This document shows, in pieces, positions 55,898 through 64,000 of a DNA stretch of 64,000 nt; position 1 is the stretch's first letter; every line of letters begins with the position of its first letter. The stretch is from Gemmatimonadota bacterium. Lineage in GTDB: Bacteria; Gemmatimonadota; Gemmatimonadetes; Gemmatimonadales; Gemmatimonadaceae. The notes under the pieces were generated by a model. It made no database searches, was not told the DNA's origin, and saw only the letters and a program-made list of their open reading frames with translations. The stretch covers positions 126,929 to 190,928 of the forward strand of contig JAZJZK010000012.1 in assembly GCA_040389905.1 (NCBI GenBank), written 5' to 3'. The translations under genes and the position numbers were made by a program.

Positions 55898-56761
55898 GTC
55901 CGTGCCCGAGGTCGCACCCGAATCGACGCAACTCGTCTCCGCTCGTACCGAACGCTCAACCGACTCGCCCCAACTCCAGTCCATTTGTTCCAGCCCAGTA
56001 CCGATCGTGACTCGCTGCGGGACCGTCTCGACCGACTCCGCATCCATTTCGTCGCCGCTCACAACGATCTGTACTCAGTCGGAATCGGCTCGCACCCAAG
56101 CCGCGAGGACAGGTTGTCATCCAGCACAGCACTCAACGCCGCGAGGTCGGCGGCATGCGCCTGTTCGATCCACGGCGCGACGAGTGGCAGTTGTGGCGAC
56201 TGGTGACTCATCCGGCGGTGCCTCCGCACGATGAGGTTGGACGTCTCGACAACGCCAACGTACAACTGTGTTGTGAGAACACCATCCCCGGATGCGTCAC
56301 CCGTTTTACCCGATTGCAACTCCGCGCAATAGTTCAGGATGGGAACTCGCTCGTTGCTGCCTCCTCACTGTGCACCAGACTTCTGGCGGAGAGAGTCACT
56401 ACGGTTGCCGGATGTCGGCATGCAAGGGTCGGCTCGATCTGCGCACAATGATACGGCTCCTTAGACCTCGCCAAGCCTTTCGTAGCGAGAGTCACTACCA
56501 TGCTCTACCTGTTTGTGATGTATCTTGCCGTTCCTTTCTAAGGAGCAGACCCGCTGGCACGGACGGGTACCGGCGCCTTTCACCTTTTTTGTGCCACGCT
56601 GAAGGCGCCTTAAGCGCCGTGGGTGCGAACACGCCAACAGTAGCATGCAACCCCCGTGGAGCCACAAGGGTAGCAGTCCATAGGTGTTGCGTCGCGCCTC
56701 ACCCGTGGCAACATTACATATGAGATTTGTACCGCGACAACACGCCATATCGGAGAGGGGG

Positions 56762-57619
56762 ATGCATATGCGAACATGCCAGCAGCGAACCCATGCTCGC
56801 ACGCCATCGATTAGATCCCACGAGGCACTGCTCGCACTCTGCGTGATACTCTGTGTCACCGTCTGCTGCTCCGTTGCGCACGCGCAAACGGCCACGGTTT
56901 CAGGTTTGGTTGTCGACGCCCATGGTCCTATAACGGACGTCCAAGTCCATTTGGCCAGAAGCGACGAGGAGCTTCGTTCTGTGACGGATAGCCGAGGGCG
57001 GTTTCGATTGGCGCGAGTGGATAGCGGGACGTGGGTGCTCACCCTCCGGCGGCTTGGCTATGCACAAAGCATCCAGAATATTTTCGTCGGCGACGCACAG
57101 TTAAATGAGCTCGTGATCACCATGGCGCCCATTCCGACCAGCTTGGATACCATACGAACTGTTGCCGGCAGCGATGGTGTTGCGGACGTCGGACGCCTGG
57201 CCGCATTCCAAGATCGGATGCGCCGCGCCGCCACGCTTCGCAGCGGCACGTTCTTCACACGCGACGCCTTGGAGAGTAGCGACGTAACGCGACTGTCAGA
57301 TTTTCTGTCTCACTTACCAGGAGCGAAGTTAGAAGCGGGCGGGCAAGGTCCGAGTTTTCTTACACTGGGTAAGTGTGCGCCACGCGTGAGTATGGATCGA
57401 GGGCAAACTGCGGTACGTGACACGGTGAGACTGTACGTTGATGGCACGAGAGTCCAAGGAAATCCGATCGACGTTATCAGCACACTGGGAGTTGCCGACG
57501 TGGAGGCACTCGAGGTATATCGAGGCGTCTCGTCGCTGCCGCCTGAGGTGTTGGATGGCTGCTCAGCGATTTTCATATGGACACGCGTTGGTTCGCGCGC
57601 GCCAAAGGTATCACGATGA
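56762..57619 (+). CDS. Secreted carboxypeptidase-regulatory-like domain plus TonB plug-like protein
   Basis: Signal peptide ending AHAQ, VSGLVVD...TDSRGRF, LYVDG...VEALEVYRG...CSAIFIWTR. Confidence 0.8.
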   Translation: MHMRTCQQRTHARTPSIRSHEALLALCVILCVTVCCSVAHAQTATVSGLVVDAHGPITDVQVHLARSDEELRSVTDSRGRFRLARVDSGTWVLTLRRLGYAQSIQNIFVGDAQLNELVITMAPIPTSLDTIRTVAGSDGVADVGRLAAFQDRMRRAATLRSGTFFTRDALESSDVTRLSDFLSHLPGAKLEAGGQGPSFLTLGKCAPRVSMDRGQTAVRDTVRLYVDGTRVQGNPIDVISTLGVADVEALEVYRGVSSLPPEVLDGCSAIFIWTRVGSRAPKVSR

Positions 57620-59325
57620 TGGGCCGTCGTCTGGACAGCGTCTTGGTCCCGCTCTTTGGCGCTCTGCTCTCGGCGATATCCCTGTCGGCGCAGCAGGTGC
57701 GGAGTCGTGCCTTTGTAGGAGCAGACAGCCTTCCGATAGGCGGAGTTCTGATAGAATTGGTTGATTCTCTCGGACTCGTGCGGTCGCGCGGTCTCACGTC
57801 GCTCGAAGGTCGCATCAACCTTCGCGCCTCCGGGCCCGGGCTATATCGGCTGCGTGCTCTACAGATCGGCTTCTTCCCGACCTACACGCCTCCATTTCGC
57901 GTGGCGAGTTCCGATGTCACGATCGCAGGCTTCAGACTCGATCGGCTTCCTGTTCGGCTTCCTGAGACTGTCATAACAGCAGACTCGCGCTGCCGGTCAT
58001 TCAATGACTCCTCCTCAAATGCCTTTCCCATGTGGGAGGAGGCCCAGAAGACATTGCGCTCGGCCATGCTGCTGCAGCGGTCCAATGAATATGCAATGGT
58101 GGTCGTGCGACGCGAGAAAGAGACCCGCTTACGCGACGACTCGGTCCTCTATGATGAAGAATCCGAGGTCAAGACGTCGACCCTCCGGCCTTTCTTTGCG
58201 TATGACACGGTGCGCGTAGCTGCCGAAGGGTACGTTATTCGTGGTGCGAACGATCAGACGACGTACGCCGCGCCAGACGAGGCGTCGCTCCTGTCTGATG
58301 AGTTCGCAAGGACTCACTGTATGAGGTTAGGGCCAGGAGACAGAACGACTGCGCGCATACTATTCACGCCGACTGCCGACCGACTCGTGCCCGATATCCA
58401 AGGGATCATCGTCCTGGATCGGCAAACTGGGCTTGTTCGAGAAGTTGCGTTCTCCTACGTGAATGCTGCACGTCCTTTGAACGACGCGCACGGCTTACTT
58501 GAATTCCGGCAACTGGCAGTGGGTGCGCTGGTGTGGCGATGGTCTTTGGATCTTCCCGTTATCGAGAAGATGACATTGCGCCGAGTAGATGGGTCCGGTT
58601 CTCTACGCACAGCCAATACACGCATAGAGACGGTCGACTCGCTCGTCGCCCGAAAGCGCGTTGGCGGTGAAGTTTGGTCGGTCTCGCGCGAAGGTAGCCT
58701 CGTTTGGCGGGGCGCGACCTCCTCACTCTCTGTTTCCGTGAGTGATTCACTCAACAAGCCGGTCGCCCGCACCTTCGTTACGCTTGTTGGTACAGGCGAA
58801 CACAGTACGGCGGATAGCGCTGGCAAGGCAACGTTTCAGAACGTCCGCGTTGGGCTGCACCGTCTGTTGGTGACATCTCCAACGGCAACCATCCTGCGAC
58901 TTCCTGGCATCGTAACCACACTTTGGGTAGCGGAAGGAGGAACGTCAGTCAGGGCACTCCTTCCCAGCAAAGCGGCGCTTCTGTCGCAGGCCTGCCCTGA
59001 CGTTGCATTGCCAGGTATCGCCGTCGGCACCGTGCGCTCGTCAAGCGGAGAAAGGGTATCCGGCGCTAGTATATCCGCAGTATGGCGCGAAACAATTGAT
59101 GGCATTGCACAAGAACGCCGTCTCACGCAAGCCGTGAACTCAGTGGGTGACTTTTTCTTCTGCAAATTACCGCGCAATCAGACGATAGTATTGGAAGTTA
59201 CGTTTCAAGGGTTGTTGTCCGCTACAGTTGAGCTCCTCGTCCCAGAAAGCGGATTGGTGCAACGCGACGTACAACTGAACCCCAAGAAAGAGGACGCAGA
59301 TCACACGGCGTCCGTCCCGCGGTAA
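57616..59325 (+). CDS. Secreted carboxypeptidase-regulatory-like repeat protein
   Basis: Signal peptide and Ig-type repeats, with YAAPD..LLSDEFARTHC, PDIQG and GDFFFC. ATGA overlap with the previous gene. Confidence 0.8.
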   Translation: MMGRRLDSVLVPLFGALLSAISLSAQQVRSRAFVGADSLPIGGVLIELVDSLGLVRSRGLTSLEGRINLRASGPGLYRLRALQIGFFPTYTPPFRVASSDVTIAGFRLDRLPVRLPETVITADSRCRSFNDSSSNAFPMWEEAQKTLRSAMLLQRSNEYAMVVVRREKETRLRDDSVLYDEESEVKTSTLRPFFAYDTVRVAAEGYVIRGANDQTTYAAPDEASLLSDEFARTHCMRLGPGDRTTARILFTPTADRLVPDIQGIIVLDRQTGLVREVAFSYVNAARPLNDAHGLLEFRQLAVGALVWRWSLDLPVIEKMTLRRVDGSGSLRTANTRIETVDSLVARKRVGGEVWSVSREGSLVWRGATSSLSVSVSDSLNKPVARTFVTLVGTGEHSTADSAGKATFQNVRVGLHRLLVTSPTATILRLPGIVTTLWVAEGGTSVRALLPSKAALLSQACPDVALPGIAVGTVRSSSGERVSGASISAVWRETIDGIAQERRLTQAVNSVGDFFFCKLPRNQTIVLEVTFQGLLSATVELLVPESGLVQRDVQLNPKKEDADHTASVPR

Positions 59326-59376
59326 GAGCTTCGTCCACGTCGGCGAACCGACGGCTAATGCAAGGTACGGGCGTAT

Positions 59377-60537
59377 TTAGGGCGCCGAGAGCGTGACCAG
59401 TGCGATGGTGACCAATCGCCGTTCGCCACGCATGGCTTGCGTGCTGCCCCAGATACTGCCGCCCACGATGGCTTCTACGCGGATTCCGCTTGGAATGCGT
59501 ACATCACGTGTCACGTCATCCCTAACCGACAATATGGTCCAGCGTTCGCCGGATTCGTCCTCCGCACGCCGAATCCATGCATTCCCGCCGTCGTCCACGA
59601 TGACTCTTGAAGCGGGGGCCATGAGCTGTGGGCGATACAGCGCTTCAACAATGGCGCGTTGCGCTTTAGCCCGGTCGCTTCCAAAAGGCCGTGCAAAAGG
59701 CGCTGCTGACAATGCGCTGGCAAAGTGCACTACTCTCTCCTCGTCGACGGGCTTTCGCGTCACGAGTAGGCGTCTCTCCCGACCGCTATCGCCGGCCGTT
59801 AACTCGAACCACCGTGAATGAAGGCTCTCTGGAGAAGTATGCAGCACTGAGTTGTCGGTATCCTGATAGATAACGGTTGCGGCTCTCCCATCGACTGCAA
59901 TGCCCAGCATATCTCCCGCCGACCACGGTTGTAGGCCGAAGATCAATGACCCATCCGGTCCCTCGACTTGAAGTATTGAATGAGAGGTTCGCAACTCTGC
60001 CAACGTATCCCGCACCTCTCCCCCTGGAGTAGCTCGCACGACGAGTCGGTGCGACGCGGCCAAGCGCCTGGCGGCGACAATTCCGGCGACTTCCTCCGCG
60101 ATAACGTGATCGCTGACCAGTGCTCGCGGAATGAAGAAGGCACCCTCCGTGTTCGAGTGTGGCATCCGTAACAGACGTCTCACTGAAGCGCCCTTGGACG
60201 ATATCAGGGTCACCGAATCTCCCCCAGCGCGCCAGATCCAGACTGAATCGCCTGTCATCCCTCCGAAGAATGGTCTCGTGGCGGCCTGACCGACGGGCGT
60301 CACATCAATTCGTCGTTTCCACAGGACTGCGCCGGCAGAGGTGCGTGCAACGACACTATTGCCAACATTATCTAGGATAAACAGCCTATTGTTTGCGCCA
60401 ACTATTACTTTCGCGTTCGGCTGCAAATGATTCAGTATTGAACGGCGCGTCATCGGAGCACCCGGAGACTGCGCGCCGGCGACATTCGCTGCAACTCCGA
60501 ACGACAGGGCACACAGCAAAGTGCGCGTTCGCGGCAT
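59377..60537 (-). CDS. Secreted putative 6-bladed beta-propeller protein
   Basis: Signal peptide and beta-rich repeats (LFILD, GDSVWIW, VRDTL, VIVDDGGNAWIRR). Confidence 0.65.
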   Translation of the reverse strand: MPRTRTLLCALSFGVAANVAGAQSPGAPMTRRSILNHLQPNAKVIVGANNRLFILDNVGNSVVARTSAGAVLWKRRIDVTPVGQAATRPFFGGMTGDSVWIWRAGGDSVTLISSKGASVRRLLRMPHSNTEGAFFIPRALVSDHVIAEEVAGIVAARRLAASHRLVVRATPGGEVRDTLAELRTSHSILQVEGPDGSLIFGLQPWSAGDMLGIAVDGRAATVIYQDTDNSVLHTSPESLHSRWFELTAGDSGRERRLLVTRKPVDEERVVHFASALSAAPFARPFGSDRAKAQRAIVEALYRPQLMAPASRVIVDDGGNAWIRRAEDESGERWTILSVRDDVTRDVRIPSGIRVEAIVGGSIWGSTQAMRGERRLVTIALVTLSAP

Positions 60538-60602
60538 GGCCTTGCCGTATGTGGACACTGACGTGGCGCATCGAGGATGGCTTCTCATGACCGTGCTCGT
60601 TG

Positions 60603-61025
60603 CTAGAGTGTCAGCGCGTCGCTATCAGCTCGGAGGCGCTCACCAGCGGCAGCCGTATAGGTCCGCTTATCGATGGCGCCTCCACACAATCGTTGTACGA
60701 CGCGTCCATCAGCGAGTATCTCAGTCTTCTTGATGGGGGCTTTTAAGCCCGCACGCTTCTTGAAGGTCCCGTCGGGGGCGATTGCGTCCGCCCTCGCGAG
60801 TTGCGGTTCGCAATCCCCGGAAATGAGGCACGAGGACCCTCCCACTGTGCACCGCTTATAGCCTGGGGGCGAGGGCAACACATCACAGTGCCACGTGTCG
60901 TCGTAGTGAAGGCACAAGTAGCACGCGCCTGGCTGGGCTTGAGCCGTGGACGGGGTGATGGCGGTGTAGCCAACCGCCATGAGCATGAGTACCAAACAGT
61001 GCTGCAAAAAGCGTTTTGGGGTCAT
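60603..61025 (-). CDS. Small secreted Cys-rich protein
   Basis: Signal peptide ending AQA, then CYLC...C...C...C...C (6 Cys in 38 aa) and a C-terminal extension. ATGA overlap with the upstream gene. Confidence 0.75.
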   Translation of the reverse strand: MTPKRFLQHCLVLMLMAVGYTAITPSTAQAQPGACYLCLHYDDTWHCDVLPSPPGYKRCTVGGSSCLISGDCEPQLARADAIAPDGTFKKRAGLKAPIKKTEILADGRVVQRLCGGAIDKRTYTAAAGERLRADSDALTL

Positions 61026-62035
61026 TGCTTACCTGTAGGTGTGAGGTTTTCACGAGAAGCCATCCAGCGCACTTTGTATTTGATTACGTGCACAGTGTCC
61101 GTCCGCCGTGTCATTAGCAGCTCGCCGCGGTCGATACTTGAGGACAATGGACCAAGAGCGACGCCTACCATCGTTTGCCGCACGCGTTGACCGGTGGCAT
61201 TGTACAGAATGAGGGCACGCTGATCGCTGCGTACGTCGGTTAGGACTTGCAGGAACCCCTCAGCTAGCTCCTGGAGCGGCATGCTGACGAGTGAGGAAGC
61301 ACGCACGGTGTCACTACCAACTCCAAGCGTCGTGTCTACCACGAAAGGCCGCAATTGTTTGCGTACCTTGCCAGACTCACTCACCAATTGCGTGACAAAC
61401 GGCCACCGCATGTCCGTGATACTCAGGCCGCCGCGCAACGGGCTGAGGAGGGTATTGCGCGCGGCTGATGCAAACACATCGGCATCTTTGCTCCCTCGTA
61501 GCGTGTCGCACCGCACACGCCCACTCGCTATATTGGTTACTCGCACCAGATGTGTAATGCCGCTTGGCGAGACGACAGCCACTATCCAGTCGTTACCTAC
61601 GCCAACAGCACCAACAACGTCGCCCGCAAGACCGAGGCGTTTGCTTTCGTTGCACTGTCCATTTGTGAGCACACGCACGAGACGCTGACGACTGCCGTCG
61701 AAGATTGTGATTACCGTTCGCTCTCTGACAGTGCCATCTGGCTGCGGTCCGGCCCAGGCAAGTCCCGTGATGAACGCTGGGAGGGTTGTACATCGTGCTA
61801 TGGAGCCCTTGTCGTTCAACTCAGTGAGCCCGCCGACGCCATCCATCCAAATGATTGCCCTTCCGTCGTCAAGAAGAGTCCCGCCAGCGACGGTCCCATT
61901 GTGCGGCGTCGCCCATTGCTGATTCCGCGTTAACACTGCGACCGTCGGCATTTGCGACTGCGGGCTTGCTCGTCCAGCCGCCGCCGAAGCAGCCATCAGT
62001 GGCCACGCCAATAGTATTCGCGACCGGTGCCGCAT
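61022..62035 (-). CDS. Secreted beta-rich (propeller-like) hypothetical protein
   Basis: Signal peptide and beta-strand-rich repeats. Abuts the upstream regulator gene. Confidence 0.6.
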   Translation of the reverse strand: MRHRSRILLAWPLMAASAAAGRASPQSQMPTVAVLTRNQQWATPHNGTVAGGTLLDDGRAIIWMDGVGGLTELNDKGSIARCTTLPAFITGLAWAGPQPDGTVRERTVITIFDGSRQRLVRVLTNGQCNESKRLGLAGDVVGAVGVGNDWIVAVVSPSGITHLVRVTNIASGRVRCDTLRGSKDADVFASAARNTLLSPLRGGLSITDMRWPFVTQLVSESGKVRKQLRPFVVDTTLGVGSDTVRASSLVSMPLQELAEGFLQVLTDVRSDQRALILYNATGQRVRQTMVGVALGPLSSSIDRGELLMTRRTDTVHVIKYKVRWMASRENLTPTGKQ

Positions 62036-63019
62036 CTACACCGCCGTGTGGAGGGTGCTTGCGAACAGCTGCGCATCTTGGCCTTCATCATCCCGCGTCT
62101 CCTTCGTCACGCGAATGTCTAAGGTGACGCAGGCGCACGCAACTGCATTCTTAACGCGCCTTAGGTCATTGGTGCTTGGCGGGGTCCGAGACGCTGGGAT
62201 GGTAGGCACTGCTGACATGACCTGATGCGCCTTTTCGCCACGCCGTTCCGACTCTTGCGTTGACATTGCGGCCCGCCCGGGTGGCGCTTGTCCATCGTCT
62301 GTGTCAGACGCCGCAGAAGACTCCATCCAGTAGCCGCATTCCCGCGAATGCCTGATCGTGACTGTGCTCTGTGGCAGCTTTCGTCTGATATTGCAAATGT
62401 GCACTTGCACAGCTCCTCGCCTGTCTGGGCTCGTCTGCTTTCCCCACACAGCCGCAGCGAGGCGCTCCCATGAGACGGCGGCCGGAGCGACAATCAGAAG
62501 GCCCTCCAAAAGGTCGACCTCGCGCGGGGTCAATCTGATCTCTATGCCGCGGCAATACACTCTCCGCGTGAGCTGATCGAGGGTAACGTCTCCGCAGCGC
62601 AACCGCGACGTGGTGCCCAATACGCGCGCCCTCCTGATGGCGGCACCAATTCTATGACTCCATGTAGAGCAGCCGTCCACAGCTACGTCGTCCGCTATCG
62701 TGTTCAATAGCTCGCGACACCGTGCATAATCACGTATCCGCAGAACGAGAATATGTGTACGTGGCTGCACCTTTCTGAGCGTTATTAGATCGGCGGTTGC
62801 GTTCTGTGCGAAGTCGTCCACTATGAGCACGCTAAGCACTTGCCCACGCCTGAGCGACGACGTGGTTAGCATATCTAAATGAGTGAATTGCGCCACGGCC
62901 GTTCCTCCGGCTGCGAGCGTTCCTTGGACTTCCTGCCAGAACCGCCGGCTGCTGGTCAGCACGCCCACGTGAACCGATGCGATGCGACTGCGGTCCTCCA
63001 CATCAGTTACGTCCTGCAT
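62036..63019 (-). CDS. Atypical response-regulator-like protein with OmpR winged HTH
   Basis: CGDVTLD...IRLTPREVDLL...VQVHICNIRRKL...GY. The receiver is degenerate, lacking the acidic pocket and KP. Confidence 0.75.
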   Translation of the reverse strand: MQDVTDVEDRSRIASVHVGVLTSSRRFWQEVQGTLAAGGTAVAQFTHLDMLTTSSLRRGQVLSVLIVDDFAQNATADLITLRKVQPRTHILVLRIRDYARCRELLNTIADDVAVDGCSTWSHRIGAAIRRARVLGTTSRLRCGDVTLDQLTRRVYCRGIEIRLTPREVDLLEGLLIVAPAAVSWERLAAAVWGKQTSPDRRGAVQVHICNIRRKLPQSTVTIRHSRECGYWMESSAASDTDDGQAPPGRAAMSTQESERRGEKAHQVMSAVPTIPASRTPPSTNDLRRVKNAVACACVTLDIRVTKETRDDEGQDAQLFASTLHTAV

Positions 63020-63423
63020 ATCTTGTCCCTTCGCATTGAGATAGCTAGAAGCTATCGAACAGTAGCAATGCTGCCGTCACGGTAGGGGGAATATGCCATT
63101 TCGCCATCTCATTCTGCGCCGCCGCGAGACGTGCTCCCTGGACTTCCCCCAAGAAAGTAGACAGGTAGTTTACGCTGCTTTCTCGAGGCTGTCATACCAT
63201 ACCTCTCGAAAGGGTCGAGAGGGCCAGACAGCACAACTCTCCAGCGGGCAATCACCCCAAGGTGGGTGCGACGATCCTAAACGCTCCGCCTAACCGCCGC
63301 AGGCGGATTGAGTTCAACGCCACAGCTCTGCTGCAAGGGCTCTCATAAAAGAGCGCGCGGAGCGCGCTCAATCAATAGCGCCCTTGTCTGCAGCAGCGCA
63401 CGTTATGGACTGCGGCGCATCGT

Positions 63424-63999
63424 CTATCCCGGAAACAGCTCCGCGAGGGCGTCACCGAGCGTATCACCCACTCTCGTCAGCATTGTGTTGGCGTCTACCT
63501 GGAGGATGCCCAACTCACGCATTCGGTATCGTACCACTGCCTGCGAGACTCGGTACACCGAAGAAAGCTGGCCCAGGGTGCGCTTGTACTCGACGCGGTT
63601 CACTCCCTGGCGATCCAACCAAATCATACCGAGATTGCGTTTCAGCCCCCGCTCGCGCTGAATCTGGATCACAGCGTCGCGCACGGTACGTCTAGGCATG
63701 AGAATGCCAGCCGCAAAGCGGTTGGCCTGCCACTCGAGTAGGCTCCTCGCGCTACTCGCGTCGATGCGATGCGTTACGAGATCGCGCGTGGAGTCTCGTA
63801 GTCCATCCGAACTGTCAGCACGAAGTGCAGTCGGCGAGATATCGCCGTGCAGATAGAAATGCCCGAGCTCATGGGCGACAGTGAACGGAAATCGGACGTC
63901 CTCTGAGCTGAGCGAGGCGTCAATGGCGATATGCTTGCGTTTGATATTGAAATAGCCAAGGTATTTGTAGCCTTCCGTCGTATGCCCAAGATGCTCGTC
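63424..63999 (-). CDS. ImmA/IrrE family metallo-endopeptidase, 5' partial
   Basis: Manual translation gives RFPFTVAHELGHFYLH (HExxH) and EWQANRFAAGILMP. The frame is open to the window edge. Confidence 0.9.
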   Translation of the reverse strand, partial: DEHLGHTTEGYKYLGYFNIKRKHIAIDASLSSEDVRFPFTVAHELGHFYLHGDISPTALRADSSDGLRDSTRDLVTHRIDASSARSLLEWQANRFAAGILMPRRTVRDAVIQIQRERGLKRNLGMIWLDRQGVNRVEYKRTLGQLSSVYRVSQAVVRYRMRELGILQVDANTMLTRVGDTLGDALAELFPG

Positions 64000-64000
64000 G

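Noticed and set aside
60603..61025. RiPP precursor (ranthipeptide or lanthipeptide)
   Set aside because: It has a Sec-type signal peptide, and there is no adjacent radical SAM, LanM/LanB or peptidase-transporter gene.

Overview
High-GC bacterial DNA. The gene content (PadR/ADOP permease pair, PEP-CTERM protein, BTAD-TPR regulator, plug-only carboxypeptidase-regulatory proteins) suggests Gemmatimonadota or a similar lineage; that assignment is inference. Roughly 1-16.9 kb holds ordinary chromosomal genes. An accessory region from about 17 kb carries a decayed group II intron RT, a large putative toxin-delivery protein paired with a PT-TG/REase-fold toxin, and an orphan IS21-type end. A defence island of about 30 kb (24.1-53.9 kb) contains a Type I R-M system with a broken TA module and nested miniature elements between hsdS and hsdR, a DUF5131/TcmP pair, IetAS, DUF4365-TPR and a HEPN-like/Ig/beta-propeller fusion. 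The best candidate for an undescribed system is an eight-gene co-oriented cluster at 34333-44200 (minus strand): coiled-coil ABC ATPase, HEAT histidine kinase, wHTH response regulator, then a tandem-repeat promoter, Zn-ribbon protein, YdjM hydrolase, metallo-beta-lactamase ending in Gly, E2-E1-JAB fusion and membrane-anchored patatin. The right end holds a Cys-rich secreted peptide/beta-propeller cluster and a partial ImmA/IrrE peptidase. All calls come from motif reading by eye; no database searches were run. No rRNA, tRNA or CRISPR array was seen.
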